From positions 37,826 to 101,825 of the IMG/VR virus record IMGVR_UViG_3300008050_000025: a stretch of DNA of 64,000 nucleotides; one strand, given 5' to 3'. Within the stretch, counting starts at the first letter, position 1, and each line of letters opens with the position of its first letter. This document shows, one piece after another, positions 25,500-37,200 of this stretch. A program made the translations under genes and the position numbers. The notes under the pieces are model-generated. The model saw only the letters and a program-made list of their open reading frames with translations. It made no database searches and was not told where the DNA came from. Source of the DNA: a virus.

Positions 25500-28400
25500 T
25501 ATAGTAATTTATTTAGGTCAAACAAGTTGAGAGAACGAACTCCCACGCCGAAGGTATCTGTATCCGTCGCACCATCTCGGCCTTCTCCACCAGCACCATT
25601 TGTTGAACGGTAGATTGACACACCATTAACCTTCTTGAAGGATAGGTGTTTGGCATTGTTGAACAAGTTAGAGGCAGAGTCATCAAGGAAGTTTCTCATA
25701 TACCCTAATGAATCCATATGCAATGGTGACGGTAAAACAGACGGGGTAGACGACACTAGTACACTACCACTGGTAGCCATGTCCCTAGTGTATATTGACG
25801 TTTGCGATGGAGGGAGAAGAGCGGGTGTTCCAATTCCTGGTGAAGGAATACCCCAACCATGAATGTCTTCGTATCCACTCAAGGATTTACCTGTAATCTC
25901 CAAGCCCCCTTCTAGTCCAATAACTCTTCGTGGGTCTGAGCCTGGGACTGCCGAAGCATCCATAGTAATGTTCATAAACCCTTGCGAGTTGATTTGGTCA
26001 ATAGGATAGCCTCCTGTATCTCTACCGATAGTTACAATGCCCAGACCTGCTTGGTCGGCACTAGCTGCATACATGGTTTTAAGGTCGCCCCTGTGACCAA
26101 ACATAAGTCTAAACACTCCATAGTTTCGGAAAGCGTTATCGCCGTTGTAGGTTGTAGCTGCTCCATACTTTCCAAAGTAGTCAAGTGCAACACCGTTAGG
26201 CCACTTGCCCAAAGGTCCATGAAAACTGCTGGCATCACTAATGCCGCTTGGGTTTCCTTCATTAAGTCTAACGTTGGCCGCATGAATTCTAGAGTCGTCA
26301 GCAATGTTGAAAATCTGAACCCTAGTACCCATTGAGCTTGGGTCATAATATCCAGAGCAAGGGTCAACGTATCCCTCATAAGCATAGCTATCGAATGCAG
26401 ATACAGAACTAAAGATTGTGGTGTACCCTTCCGAGCCACCTGAATCAAACAAAGGCTCTCCTGTGTATGGGTCTGTCCCTTGAGGAATGTTCGCAATAGT
26501 AGTATAGCCTTTATCAGAAGCTGTAACAGTTGGACCCCATTCAATGTTTCCCGAACCTTCAATTCCAAGGCCGTCAACGTTTGAAATCACTCCAGATACA
26601 GAGGATGCTGGCATTGAGAAGTTAAAGTTAACAGCATCAATGTCTACATAGCTTCCCTGCACAGCCCTTACAGCCATACCGCCACCACACATAGGTCCTT
26701 CCGAACCTGATGCTATAAGTCTGGTGGTCGCTGTAAACGCATCGGAACCAACTGCCTCATGGAAACCTTCCCCAATAATGTCAGTAGTGAAAGGGTTAGG
26801 GTAGAACTGCACATATGCGTACTGTTGTACACCGCTCCAAGCGTCACTTAGGTCAGTGTCGGCCCACGCCCCGCTATTGAATTTCAAATCAACTGTGTCT
26901 GCTTTGGTTTCAGCGTCGCCACCAATGTTTCGCATATTCAAACCCGAACTCTTATTAACAACAATGCAAGACCTAGTGGAGTGTATCTCAATCTTGGTCT
27001 GGTTCCCGGTAGCACTCAATTCGTACTTCTCAGATTCTGGGACAGTTCCTCCATCTGCTGTAGGAGTTTGAAGAGTTGCAACAGAGTTATCCTCTGCCAT
27101 TACAGCAATACCAAACCTACTAATCTTTGTAGGCCCTGTGATTTCAATCTCTGAGTTCTTCTCCGCGCAGAATGCAGCGGTCTGGAAGGAGTCATTGATT
27201 CCCGCCAAAGTAAAGTTACCGCCACTGTCAGGAACGAGCGAAGCAATTAAACTTGCGACGGCGGAGCCACGCATAGATGCCTTAGAGTTTCCGAGTACGT
27301 GAACGCACTTACCTCTAACAGGTGCGTCTGCATCTGCCTTAAAGCTTGCGTTGATAATCTCAATAGTTGAGTTGTCCGATACAATAATTCCAGGCTCATC
27401 GTGTAGCACCCCTGTCTTTGAACCATGATTAGACATAGCACCTTTGAAGTTTGCACCACCATTGTTGCCCGTCCACCTGCCAAGATAAGAAGGCAAAGAC
27501 CTTAGGCCTGTATAGTGGGGCCTTACAATAGAGTTATGGGAAGCCCTTAGATTGACACCATTGTTGGAAACGTGATACGCACCTTTGTTCTTGTCCCACG
27601 TCGTATCGCCGTCAAGCCTGTCGGCAGATGCAAGTTCGTCTACACGGTATGCGTATTCGAATAAGGAGTTGACCATGCAAATACCATCCAGTTGATTATC
27701 ATCAACCGTAAGCTGTGGAAGATTCATCGTAGAATCTTTTAGGCTAACACCTGTAAGGTTGTTATATGAATCTAGCCTACCCAAGAAGGACATGTCAGAG
27801 CCTTTCAACCTAAACCCATCTTTAGTATTTTGATAAGCTTGAAGGACCGAGGTTGTGAGGTCAGTGCCCCCAGCATTACCTTTACCAGAAGTGACACGAA
27901 CACCACCTGTGACCTTAGAGTTATCCAAAATCATACCAACTTCATTACGGCTAAGAGCCATCGTGAACCTGTTAAAGTCTGCATCTGAATCTGTGCCAAG
28001 AGCAGTGTTGGTAAAAACAAGCGTTGAGTTTACTGCGTGAACACCTGCACTATCTGTAGTAAGTGCTCTTGTCTTATCAGAATCCCTTTCATAGTTACGG
28101 TATCCGATTAAACTTCCGAGAATACACAACTCAGAGTTACGACACATAATTCCAGCTAGTCTCGCACGAATGGCTGCGGTGTGCTCCAGTATAATCTCGG
28201 AAGAATTAATGTTCATTCCGTAGTTCTCATTGTAAACGAGAGGAGAAGCTGTATTGTCTGCACCACTTGCAGTATCAACACAAACCCCTGTAAGCTTAAT
28301 GCTTCCATGGCAATCCCTAATGTTTACGGCTTGGAAATAGTTTCCATACAAATTCATTGCCGCGCCATCGGACACAGCAAGGACATCCCTTGAAGTTTCT

Positions 28401-29170
28401 AAGCTTTGACCTTGGCCATTTGTACCAATAGCCTCTAGGTCATAGGAGCCAATAGTTTCGTCAACAGCAGATACGTAAGGAGTACCACTCAGTACGTCAC
28501 TGGAACCTACTGCACCTTCAATACTAATCTCTTCATAGAAATGCAGCCTCCCGCATTCATCTTCGGTGTCAATGTTCTTAGTTACGAACATACGCCCACC
28601 GCCGCCAACTAACTGAGAGTTGTCGAAAATAGAAGCCCCTGTCCTTGTTGAGGATGCCCCTTCAATATAGTCCCTAGCAGTAGTTGTAGTAATCCTGTAT
28701 GGAGCGTCCTGTGTGGCACTTGCTGGGGAGATAGCTCTGGATGCAACAGCGGTAACTGTACAGTCTGCATCATAAGTGTGTAGCTTGTTGTCAATATGAA
28801 GCTGCCCTTCCCCTACCGTTGTGATTCCAAATAGGTCAAGAGTGCCCAAGTTTCCGAAGTCACAAATTTCAATGTACAACGGGAACGTTAGTCGCTGGGG
28901 AATCCTATTAACAATATCATCGAAGTTATCATACACACCGATGCTGTGGTCGGCTGTAGCTGATAGCGTCATCGTTACTTCTTTCCCTTGAACGCCGGGG
29001 AACCCGTGGAACTGGTGCAGCAGGTCGGTTCTCCTAAGAAGCCTGTCAATAGGAATGTTGTCCTGTTCATAGTTGTAGAATGAACTGGCATCATATAGGT
29101 AACTCTCCGCGTAAGGGAGAGAAAGTACATCTGTTCCAGATGTTAGATTAAAGTCGTTAATGTTACCCAT
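25499..29170 (-). CDS. Putative tail spike / beta-helix structural protein
   Basis: 1223 aa with repeated N..G(I/V/F).(L/M)..S.(M/L) rungs typical of right-handed parallel beta-helices; in the tail cluster. Confidence 0.65.
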   Translation of the reverse strand: MGNINDFNLTSGTDVLSLPYAESYLYDASSFYNYEQDNIPIDRLLRRTDLLHQFHGFPGVQGKEVTMTLSATADHSIGVYDNFDDIVNRIPQRLTFPLYIEICDFGNLGTLDLFGITTVGEGQLHIDNKLHTYDADCTVTAVASRAISPASATQDAPYRITTTTARDYIEGASSTRTGASIFDNSQLVGGGGRMFVTKNIDTEDECGRLHFYEEISIEGAVGSSDVLSGTPYVSAVDETIGSYDLEAIGTNGQGQSLETSRDVLAVSDGAAMNLYGNYFQAVNIRDCHGSIKLTGVCVDTASGADNTASPLVYNENYGMNINSSEIILEHTAAIRARLAGIMCRNSELCILGSLIGYRNYERDSDKTRALTTDSAGVHAVNSTLVFTNTALGTDSDADFNRFTMALSRNEVGMILDNSKVTGGVRVTSGKGNAGGTDLTTSVLQAYQNTKDGFRLKGSDMSFLGRLDSYNNLTGVSLKDSTMNLPQLTVDDNQLDGICMVNSLFEYAYRVDELASADRLDGDTTWDKNKGAYHVSNNGVNLRASHNSIVRPHYTGLRSLPSYLGRWTGNNGGANFKGAMSNHGSKTGVLHDEPGIIVSDNSTIEIINASFKADADAPVRGKCVHVLGNSKASMRGSAVASLIASLVPDSGGNFTLAGINDSFQTAAFCAEKNSEIEITGPTKISRFGIAVMAEDNSVATLQTPTADGGTVPESEKYELSATGNQTKIEIHSTRSCIVVNKSSGLNMRNIGGDAETKADTVDLKFNSGAWADTDLSDAWSGVQQYAYVQFYPNPFTTDIIGEGFHEAVGSDAFTATTRLIASGSEGPMCGGGMAVRAVQGSYVDIDAVNFNFSMPASSVSGVISNVDGLGIEGSGNIEWGPTVTASDKGYTTIANIPQGTDPYTGEPLFDSGGSEGYTTIFSSVSAFDSYAYEGYVDPCSGYYDPSSMGTRVQIFNIADDSRIHAANVRLNEGNPSGISDASSFHGPLGKWPNGVALDYFGKYGAATTYNGDNAFRNYGVFRLMFGHRGDLKTMYAASADQAGLGIVTIGRDTGGYPIDQINSQGFMNITMDASAVPGSDPRRVIGLEGGLEITGKSLSGYEDIHGWGIPSPGIGTPALLPPSQTSIYTRDMATSGSVLVSSTPSVLPSPLHMDSLGYMRNFLDDSASNLFNNAKHLSFKKVNGVSIYRSTNGAGGEGRDGATDTDTFGVGVRSLNLFDLNKLL

Positions 29171-29172
29171 GC

Positions 29173-29751
29173 TTAAAAGTCAATTGTCCATCTAATGTCT
29201 AGTGAGAACTCGTCTGTCTTAGCTAAGTCAGAGAAAGTTCGATACGCGCACAAGTACGCGGTTGCCGTTGGTGTGGTTTGAGAAGGGTTCTTACTGAACA
29301 AACCAATCTCATTTAGAGTCAGACCATTGCCTACGTTCCTATCTACAAGAAGTCTCCATCTAACTTTTGTCTCTGCAACCTTGTCAACAAAAGATGCTGG
29401 AATCTCTCCGAAGGCTTCCGATGCGTACAGAGTTCCGCTTGCCATAAGGTCTTGGGTTACTACAGTAAGTGAGCCAGTTCCGTACTCTGAGGAATCTAAA
29501 GCGTTACCCAGCCTACCATTTGAACTAACCTGCAAAGAGTCAGAGCCATCAGTACCTAGTTGGAACCTGGAGATTTGGAATTCTGTGATAGGGTCGTCTA
29601 GGTCTGCTGCAAATGCTTCTGCCAAAGTGACACCCATACCGCTACACACGACGTTATTGTCTGAATAGAAAAGAGTGCGTCCTCCATCTGGGTACACCTT
29701 GTAAATCTCAAGATGCCCTTTAGGGCTGATATAGTTTTCGTCGAACTTCAT
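29173..29751 (-). CDS. Baseplate/tail-fibre attachment protein
   Basis: KGHLEI, NVVC..G, LNEIGLF and AYRTF...K...FSL..RWTI pattern, characteristic of fibre N-terminal / collar-like domains. Confidence 0.65.
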   Translation of the reverse strand: MKFDENYISPKGHLEIYKVYPDGGRTLFYSDNNVVCSGMGVTLAEAFAADLDDPITEFQISRFQLGTDGSDSLQVSSNGRLGNALDSSEYGTGSLTVVTQDLMASGTLYASEAFGEIPASFVDKVAETKVRWRLLVDRNVGNGLTLNEIGLFSKNPSQTTPTATAYLCAYRTFSDLAKTDEFSLDIRWTIDF

Positions 29752-32700
29752 TAGAAATCAATTACCCAAGTTACGGTAATAAAGTCTGAGCTTGGGTCAA
29801 TCTGCAAACCTCCTGGGAAGAATACCTTCTTTGAGAACAGTCTGAACTCAGGTTCCTTCTCCACCAGTACGCTAGAATTATATAGACTAGTGGCGTAGAA
29901 ATCTCCATCCCACCCAATATACAAAGGTTCAATACTGTTTGGAGATAAGTATTTCGTGGAGAAGGCATTAAGTTGTTGTTGGTCAGAGAAGTCAAAGGAC
30001 TTGACAGTGACCGAAGAGGTGTCGTTTGTCAGCACCGCACTCCCCACAAGAACCTTAGGGTTCTGTATATCAATTGGGTCAGAGGACTTACGTAACAAGA
30101 TTCCTATCTTGTTGTGTCCATCTGCCGAGGCCGTGAACGATACCGTTTCACGATGCCACACACCGTCGCTAGTAAGATTAACATCGGAGAAGTTATCGCT
30201 CTTGAGTTTAATATTGTCTCCTATAGATTTGTACTCAAGAACCAGAGTGTATGTGTCGCCTGACACACACCACCCATTAGGATTAACTCGACCTCTAGGT
30301 GAGCCAGCCCCTGTGTGGAAAAGTGAAAGTTCATCATTGGCTGTTGCCTGAGCTACCAGTACAGCGCCGTTTAAGTATTCAGGACCTGCGCCTGCGTCAT
30401 TTCGCGTAGATGATGCGCCTCCCCCTCCAACCGTAGCTAGTGCGGTTGGGCTTCCTGATGCCAAAAACGGAGGGCCACCAAGACCTTCGTGGGAGCCAAA
30501 CTTAATTGAAGTCTTTGTATAGTCAATTGTCCAAAGACCTAAAGCCCCAAGTCCTCCGTAATACGTGTTCAGCATTTCCCATTCATCCCTTGTCAGAGTG
30601 ATGGAATAAGCTACCTGCTTAGTAGATGACACTGGAGAAACAGCAGAAACTACCATACCCGCGCTGGAGTCTAGCAATACCTGAGAAGCTCTCTCTTCAA
30701 CCTTCTGCTCTAAAATGAACCCGTTAGGAGTAATAACCCCGTACTCATTTAGGTTTCCGTAGGACTGGGAAAACGAACCTGCCGAGAAGATTGTCGTACC
30801 GCTAGTCTCAGGATAGCAACCGTCATCAACACCTTCTTCGTAGTTGGCAATCCCTTCAACACCTCTTCCCGCGAACTCCATCTTATTGAGGAAGTGCCCA
30901 AGTTCCCCAGGCCCATCAGTGACAGGCTGGACAGTTGTATCATTAGGGTTTGGGAAATCAGGGAAGACCGAGGATGCGTCAACAGGGTCTACAAGACTGT
31001 AGTACCTAAAATCTGTCAAGGCTGATTGTGCCCCAGCACCAAGCCACGACAACCTAAAGAAGGTTGTAATCATATCACCAGGACGAGATTCCTTTACAGT
31101 TGATATTGGCGCTGAGATGTAGTTCTCATACTTGTCAGCGTTTGCTCCTGCGTAAGGGAAAACTGTAATGTCCTCCAGCCCATCAATATGTGTTGAGGCT
31201 ACAACACCATTATGGTATCTCTTCCACCTCAGGTCAGTGAAGTCCCACACAAGTTCCGTCCCATCTTCCTTCTTGTAAAGAATACCATACTTCAAAGTCA
31301 TAGTAGTTCCTGGGCTTTCAACGTGGTCAATACTTACTTTGAATTGGTCAGACAGGAATCCAACGCTAGATGCCATTACTGTATGAGCAATGATTGCGTT
31401 TCTTGGGTTAGCACTATCTTTTACAAATCTAATTGCGTCATGTCCATAAATCAAGTCTTGCTCAATGCGGGGATATGTTCCATCATTCTCAGACTGTGGC
31501 TGCACATGCCAACCACCTTCAATGAATGGAATAGTTCCCCATTTGTACTCGGAAGTCTTTAGGTCAAGGTTTCTAATATCTTCTACGCCATGATATTGAT
31601 TCAGGCAGTAATCAGATAGACCAACAGATTTAACATGAACACCTTGCCCTGACAGAGGGAAGATGAATACATCAAATGTACTCTCAAGGTTTGCTCCTAG
31701 GTCAACCGTTCCAATGTAGTTATCATTTAAGTCCCCAAGAAGCTCTTGCCCCCAAATTGTGATAGTGTTGGTAGAGCTTGCATCAATGTCAAGTTCAATA
31801 ACAGAACCTGCTGGTACGGAGGTATCTGAATACCTAGGGCGACTCAAAGATGTATCAGGTGTCCATGAACCAGAGCCATCGTAGTAAAGTGCCCTTACTG
31901 AATTACCACCGTTGAAGAACTCTGTACCTGATAGATTTGATACGTAAGATTCAATACGGATGTCTTTAATGTGGAACCCGCTGGCAAGCGAAGTGGTAAT
32001 GTCTGCGCCGTTAACAGAGGAACGGAACTCCAAGCACATAGGATATTTTCCTTGGCTAGCATAAGAGTTCAGTTCCGACTTAACATACACATCCAACTCA
32101 CTTGAAAGGTCTTCAAGAGATATATTGTAATTTATGTTGTTAACCATAGCGGTAGACGCACGGTTAAATGTATCCCACTCGCTGGTAGCAAAGTTATAGT
32201 GCAGGTCTTTCAGTGCCGACCCTTCCTTTCTAATCCTCAAACCAACATAGTATTGTTCAACAGTAGATGATGTTTCCGAATCAATCTGTATTGTTATCGC
32301 TGGGTCGATTGGTACAAAAATCCTTTGGTCGTCATCTTGGAAGGAGGCATCAAACAGTACGGCCCTATTACTGTTCTTATAGTTCTCATCATCTACCTCT
32401 GTTCCACTAGGGTCAGTCACTGCCGAAGGTGAGGTGAACGGGCTAAGGTAATATGCGTACCCAGAGTTCAGGGTCTTAGCGCCAGTAGTTTTTGTCAGGT
32501 CTAACATTCCTGCGCTCTTCGCTACGTCAAACCTATTACGGTCAGATACATTAGAGAAGTCTCTGTGTGCAATAGCTACGCCAATCTTTCCGTACTCTCC
32601 TGATAGTGACTCTGCATCGACAACAAGGTTATATGCCTTCTCAGGATACAGACCTGTAAACTTCTGACCAACAAAGGTCAACCCTGAGTAGTCTTCTCCT

Positions 32701-34262
32701 TCTACTGTGGTTTGAGTAGAAGACATGATGATTCCTGGCCCCTCTTCGTGGTCAGCTAGGCTAAGTCCTTCGTTGCCAAAGCGCCAACCTTCGACTTGTC
32801 CAAACCTAAGGTTTCGGACAGTGTACTCTGCCATGCCACTGTCTGTTCCATCACCAATGATAGAGATTTCAAATACTGACTGCTCTCTTCCATCGGTAGG
32901 GATTACTGTGGAGTATGTTCTCCATTCTCCAATAGAAACATTTCCAACAACCATAGGCTCGTTGTATCCCCAAGAACCAATACCGCCATCAAGAGCGAAT
33001 GTATACCACTCCCCTGTAGTGGTGTCTTTTAATTGGATAGACAGGCCATTTGCACCTGCTGTTTCTGAATATAAATCAAACGCTAAAGTGGCAAACCCTT
33101 TGTAAGGGGAGCCTGCTGGTTCTGATAGGAACGTGTCGTATGTACTATGGTGCTGTTTAAACCTCTGGGAGATACGTGCAGCACCGATACCTGTGGTCGA
33201 GCTTGCTTGGAAATGAACTCCATCCCATAACAATTCCTTACCAACGTAACCTACATCACCGATATTGTAACCCGCAACATAATTACTAAGGACTTCCCAA
33301 GATTGGAAATCTACGATACCATATTCGTTAAGGATATCTTTGGGAACACCAGAGAGTTCAGTGTAGTTTGTGAAGTCAGCGTTAACCAGCCAATTGATAG
33401 TCTTGTCGAAGTTTGGATTCGCAAGAATATAATTGTCCGCATAGAAGGTCTCTACAGATTCAATCAGTGCCTTTCCTTTAGTTTCCCAATCGTTCTTAGG
33501 AAGCTCTAACCGCAGAAAGTAATTAACCGTATCGTAGAAGCTGTCATTGATAGAATAATCAGGCTTTGAAGTGAACTCCAAGTAGCCTCGGCTATTGAAA
33601 GACATTTCCTCTGCGTACCTGCCAATCTGATACTTCCCGGTAGTGTTGTTTAAGTACTGTAAAGTGCCATTGTGTACTTGAAGCGATATCAAGGAGACAG
33701 CGACGGGGACCGTGGAGTTTCCTGTGATTTTATATGTGAAAGACTTAGGCAACCACCCAGGAACTGGCACGTCAACCACGACAACATCAGAACCATGTTC
33801 TGCATTTACATAGATTGTTTCTCCGTGGATAACCTCAGGGTCTCCCCAAGTTTCAATCTTGGCCTTGGACAAGTCAGCAGCAGCAATAGCATCATCGTAC
33901 CTAGGCTGATATCTGATTCCATCCGTCAGCAATCTGTTCGGCAGGTCTTTGTGAAGGACATGAATTCCAGAGCCTGTACCAGTTACGTGCAGATACTCAG
34001 TGGTGGCTCCATGGCTCTTTGTTACAGCGTGTCGAGAGTCGTGCTTCTTGAAGTTAATGGAAGGGCTTCCCATGGTCATTGCGTGGATACCAAAGGAAGA
34101 CACGGACATTAAGGAAGTGCTACTTACGGCAGAAGGTGGGGGCGTGAATGAAAGCATGTCTACGACTGCCATCTTTGCACCCTCTACAATCATGTTCTCC
34201 TCCGAAAACACTTTCTCCTTACCGTAAGGAGTGTGCGCGTAAATCTCTACTAACCCTTTCAT
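29751..34262 (-). CDS. Large structural protein (1503 aa): attachment-domain termini enclosing carbohydrate-binding-like modules
   Basis: Its termini resemble the 192-aa neighbour. Internal ILANPNF / LVNADF and beta-sandwich-like segments are present. Confidence 0.6.
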   Translation of the reverse strand: MKGLVEIYAHTPYGKEKVFSEENMIVEGAKMAVVDMLSFTPPPSAVSSTSLMSVSSFGIHAMTMGSPSINFKKHDSRHAVTKSHGATTEYLHVTGTGSGIHVLHKDLPNRLLTDGIRYQPRYDDAIAAADLSKAKIETWGDPEVIHGETIYVNAEHGSDVVVVDVPVPGWLPKSFTYKITGNSTVPVAVSLISLQVHNGTLQYLNNTTGKYQIGRYAEEMSFNSRGYLEFTSKPDYSINDSFYDTVNYFLRLELPKNDWETKGKALIESVETFYADNYILANPNFDKTINWLVNADFTNYTELSGVPKDILNEYGIVDFQSWEVLSNYVAGYNIGDVGYVGKELLWDGVHFQASSTTGIGAARISQRFKQHHSTYDTFLSEPAGSPYKGFATLAFDLYSETAGANGLSIQLKDTTTGEWYTFALDGGIGSWGYNEPMVVGNVSIGEWRTYSTVIPTDGREQSVFEISIIGDGTDSGMAEYTVRNLRFGQVEGWRFGNEGLSLADHEEGPGIIMSSTQTTVEGEDYSGLTFVGQKFTGLYPEKAYNLVVDAESLSGEYGKIGVAIAHRDFSNVSDRNRFDVAKSAGMLDLTKTTGAKTLNSGYAYYLSPFTSPSAVTDPSGTEVDDENYKNSNRAVLFDASFQDDDQRIFVPIDPAITIQIDSETSSTVEQYYVGLRIRKEGSALKDLHYNFATSEWDTFNRASTAMVNNINYNISLEDLSSELDVYVKSELNSYASQGKYPMCLEFRSSVNGADITTSLASGFHIKDIRIESYVSNLSGTEFFNGGNSVRALYYDGSGSWTPDTSLSRPRYSDTSVPAGSVIELDIDASSTNTITIWGQELLGDLNDNYIGTVDLGANLESTFDVFIFPLSGQGVHVKSVGLSDYCLNQYHGVEDIRNLDLKTSEYKWGTIPFIEGGWHVQPQSENDGTYPRIEQDLIYGHDAIRFVKDSANPRNAIIAHTVMASSVGFLSDQFKVSIDHVESPGTTMTLKYGILYKKEDGTELVWDFTDLRWKRYHNGVVASTHIDGLEDITVFPYAGANADKYENYISAPISTVKESRPGDMITTFFRLSWLGAGAQSALTDFRYYSLVDPVDASSVFPDFPNPNDTTVQPVTDGPGELGHFLNKMEFAGRGVEGIANYEEGVDDGCYPETSGTTIFSAGSFSQSYGNLNEYGVITPNGFILEQKVEERASQVLLDSSAGMVVSAVSPVSSTKQVAYSITLTRDEWEMLNTYYGGLGALGLWTIDYTKTSIKFGSHEGLGGPPFLASGSPTALATVGGGGASSTRNDAGAGPEYLNGAVLVAQATANDELSLFHTGAGSPRGRVNPNGWCVSGDTYTLVLEYKSIGDNIKLKSDNFSDVNLTSDGVWHRETVSFTASADGHNKIGILLRKSSDPIDIQNPKVLVGSAVLTNDTSSVTVKSFDFSDQQQLNAFSTKYLSPNSIEPLYIGWDGDFYATSLYNSSVLVEKEPEFRLFSKKVFFPGGLQIDPSSDFITVTWVIDF

Positions 34263-37200
34263 TATATCGTGTAGTATGTGACACCTGCTGTATCACCTTC
34301 TGCAAATGTTCCTCCATATCGCTCAAGATACACATGCCTTGAACCTCCGTCAGAACCAAGACCAAGCAAAGCAGTAATAGTGGAATCCCTAGAATGCAAT
34401 GTTGATACTAGTGTATCTAGGAACAATAGGATAGATTTAACTTCTTCCCTGGTGTACTCTTCCGGTACATCCCCGTAACCAGTATTGGTCAAGGAAACAC
34501 TATCAACCCTGACACTAGGTTTGTTTAGGTCAGAAGGGTGGGTATGCGGACGCATCACAGGGGTAATTTCGATATAGTAATAAGTGTCGTCATCGTGGAC
34601 AGACTCATACCTGCCTGTGTAAAGGCTTCTTGTATAAGGGTTTAGAGGCCCTTTAAGATTATCGGTATGGAATGGGATGCTTACAGAGGTTGCACCATCA
34701 GGTAGTTCCACCTCATAAGAATCAGACAGCGCCTCTCCTTCTAGCTGCCACCTGTTACGTGTAAAGTCGTACACAAACATGTCTGACATATCCGTACGCC
34801 CTTGGTATCTCTTATTTCCGGTAACGATTCGAACAGCTACCTTGTTACTTTCCCCATGCCCTGAACTGTCAAACGTCAAGTCCAAGTTATAGTTCTCGTC
34901 TGGGAAGAGGGTATTACTTAATGTGCGGAACATGTTTGGGTTACGTAGGTTAACCTCTTCCGCTGCCCCTCCTGTACTAGCTGAGTCTAATCCAAACGTC
35001 AACCAGTATGCGTCATCCACATTGAACTCTTCGTCCATCACGACAGAATCAGAGATTGTTCTCCAATCAGAGTCAGCCTGGAACGCTGGGGTATTAACTG
35101 TAACCGTGTCCTCCCATGTAAGGGTCTGGGAGTCGTAGTATTTCTTGGCTGTCTGGTTAAGCAACGTGTACCCGATAGAACCGTTTGTGCCCTCGGCTGA
35201 TACATCGTAGCTCAACGTGTACATGTCTCCAGCGACCAAACTAGAAACTGATTCTGTGCGGATGAACTCGTTTGCCGTGCTTGACAAGTACTGAACTCCT
35301 GAGAACTGTACTCCGTAGAAACCTCCTGACAGATTTAAATCATCTGATACTACATCGGATGTTGAACTGAATGTCAGCACGTCAGCGCCTGATGAACTCC
35401 AGTCTGTAAGCCCATCTTCAAAGTATTGGTTGAAGACTAAGTTCTTGTTCTTAATCAACGGGTATCTCATAGTAGCATTGCTACCGTGCCTTCCTTGGAA
35501 GAAAGAAACACCATGGATATCAATGAACCTTCTTTGTCCACAGCCCTTATCGACTATGTGTGGGTAGTTTACAATTGCAATCGTATCTGATTCAGGGTGG
35601 AACGAGAACTGAATCCCTGACAATTGAATATCATTTGTCAGGTTTCCGTTGTCCAACTCATGTGGGAATGTGTTCCAACCTTTGTCCCATACAAGACCTT
35701 TCTCATCGACCAACACAAGTTGGTCATCCTGAGTTCTATATGCCTTACCTTTAATCTTATCAGTACCGATAATGTAAGAGAACTCAACAGAAGACAACGG
35801 GGTGTTGGAACCATCGGTGTAGGCAAGTACCGAGGCAGTCTCGGTAGTTCCCGCAATGCCGCTAACAAGCATGGATGCGTTGTAAAGTCCCTCACCGAAT
35901 ACATGGTCTAGGATATAAAAACCAGAACCATCCAAGTTCATATCGAAGTCTCTTCGATAGTCTGTCCACACATCATGGATGCCTGAGCCAAGCTCCACAC
36001 CTTGCATATTCTCATGTGAGAAATCCAACAACGTGCTATCCTTAGAACCTAATCTTAGAATCCTGTTTAGCAAGGCTTTGAAGATAGTGCCGTCACTAAT
36101 ATGCCGTGTAGGGACTATGGAATCACACCCAAGGTCTTCTACGCCTCGGAGGTTCATAGTTGAGCTTACAGGAACTCCAATAACGTTTCCGCTTGGGGCA
36201 CTGTATACAATCTCATTGTCATCTACAACAGGAGAGTTAGACGCATCGTACACCGAACTATATGTGATAGACTCAGGAGACATGAAGTGCTGACCTGAGA
36301 AGTTATAGCCTTTGTAGATTACTTCTTTAGTTGTCTCTAACCCACTTGTAGAACTTCCGTAGAAGTAGGTAGATTTAGGCTGACTCCTTCCTGTACGTGC
36401 ATATCCTTCGGTTGGGATTTCATACTTGAAGTCTCTCCTTCTGCTGGTATCCCTATCAAGCCCTCCACCAAACACAGTCCAAAAAGAATCAGAAGGTGCA
36501 GGCAGAACCCTTCCCAACTTGAGAAGGTCTGCATCTAGAGAACTAAAGTAATCTCCTGCTCCACTAGTTCCAAGCCACCCTGACACACTATGGGAATCAA
36601 GGACAGTTGTGTTTGCATCGTCGGCGTGATACACCATTGACAAGCAAACCGAGTCTACCATATCAGTCATCGGGTCGCTAACATCAATACTAATAAACAT
36701 TCTAGGAGTTACATGGAACGGAGTGAACTCATGTAATGTTCTGGAGATGTTGGTGATGACGGTAGGAGTCATCGCATCCTGACCGTTGCTCTCGTCAATA
36801 TCGCCAACGTCAACCGCTACAAAGATATGCGACGACTTAGAGTTCCAGTAATCAAGGGCTTCCACTTGCTCAGGCACACCTCCCTCTATAACGCTATCCA
36901 TGTTGGCGGCGATTTCAAGAGATGACGTGAAGAACTTTACTCCAGTGTTGTTACCGAAGTAAAAGGTTTCTGCTGTATTCCCAATACCTGTACTTGTTTC
37001 AATGAATGAGATGAGGTCGTCAAGGAACTCATCAGAGATTCCATAGCGGGAACCTTCGTTACACTCAGATAGGATTTCTCTCAGCCTATCAAGCATACTC
37101 TTTGTGATTTGGGATGTGGCGTAAAACCTGTCTCTCTCCCAAGGTGGAACAGCAACGGTGTAATCTCCCCTGTGCTTGTATCCATCCCCGTTAGGAAGAG

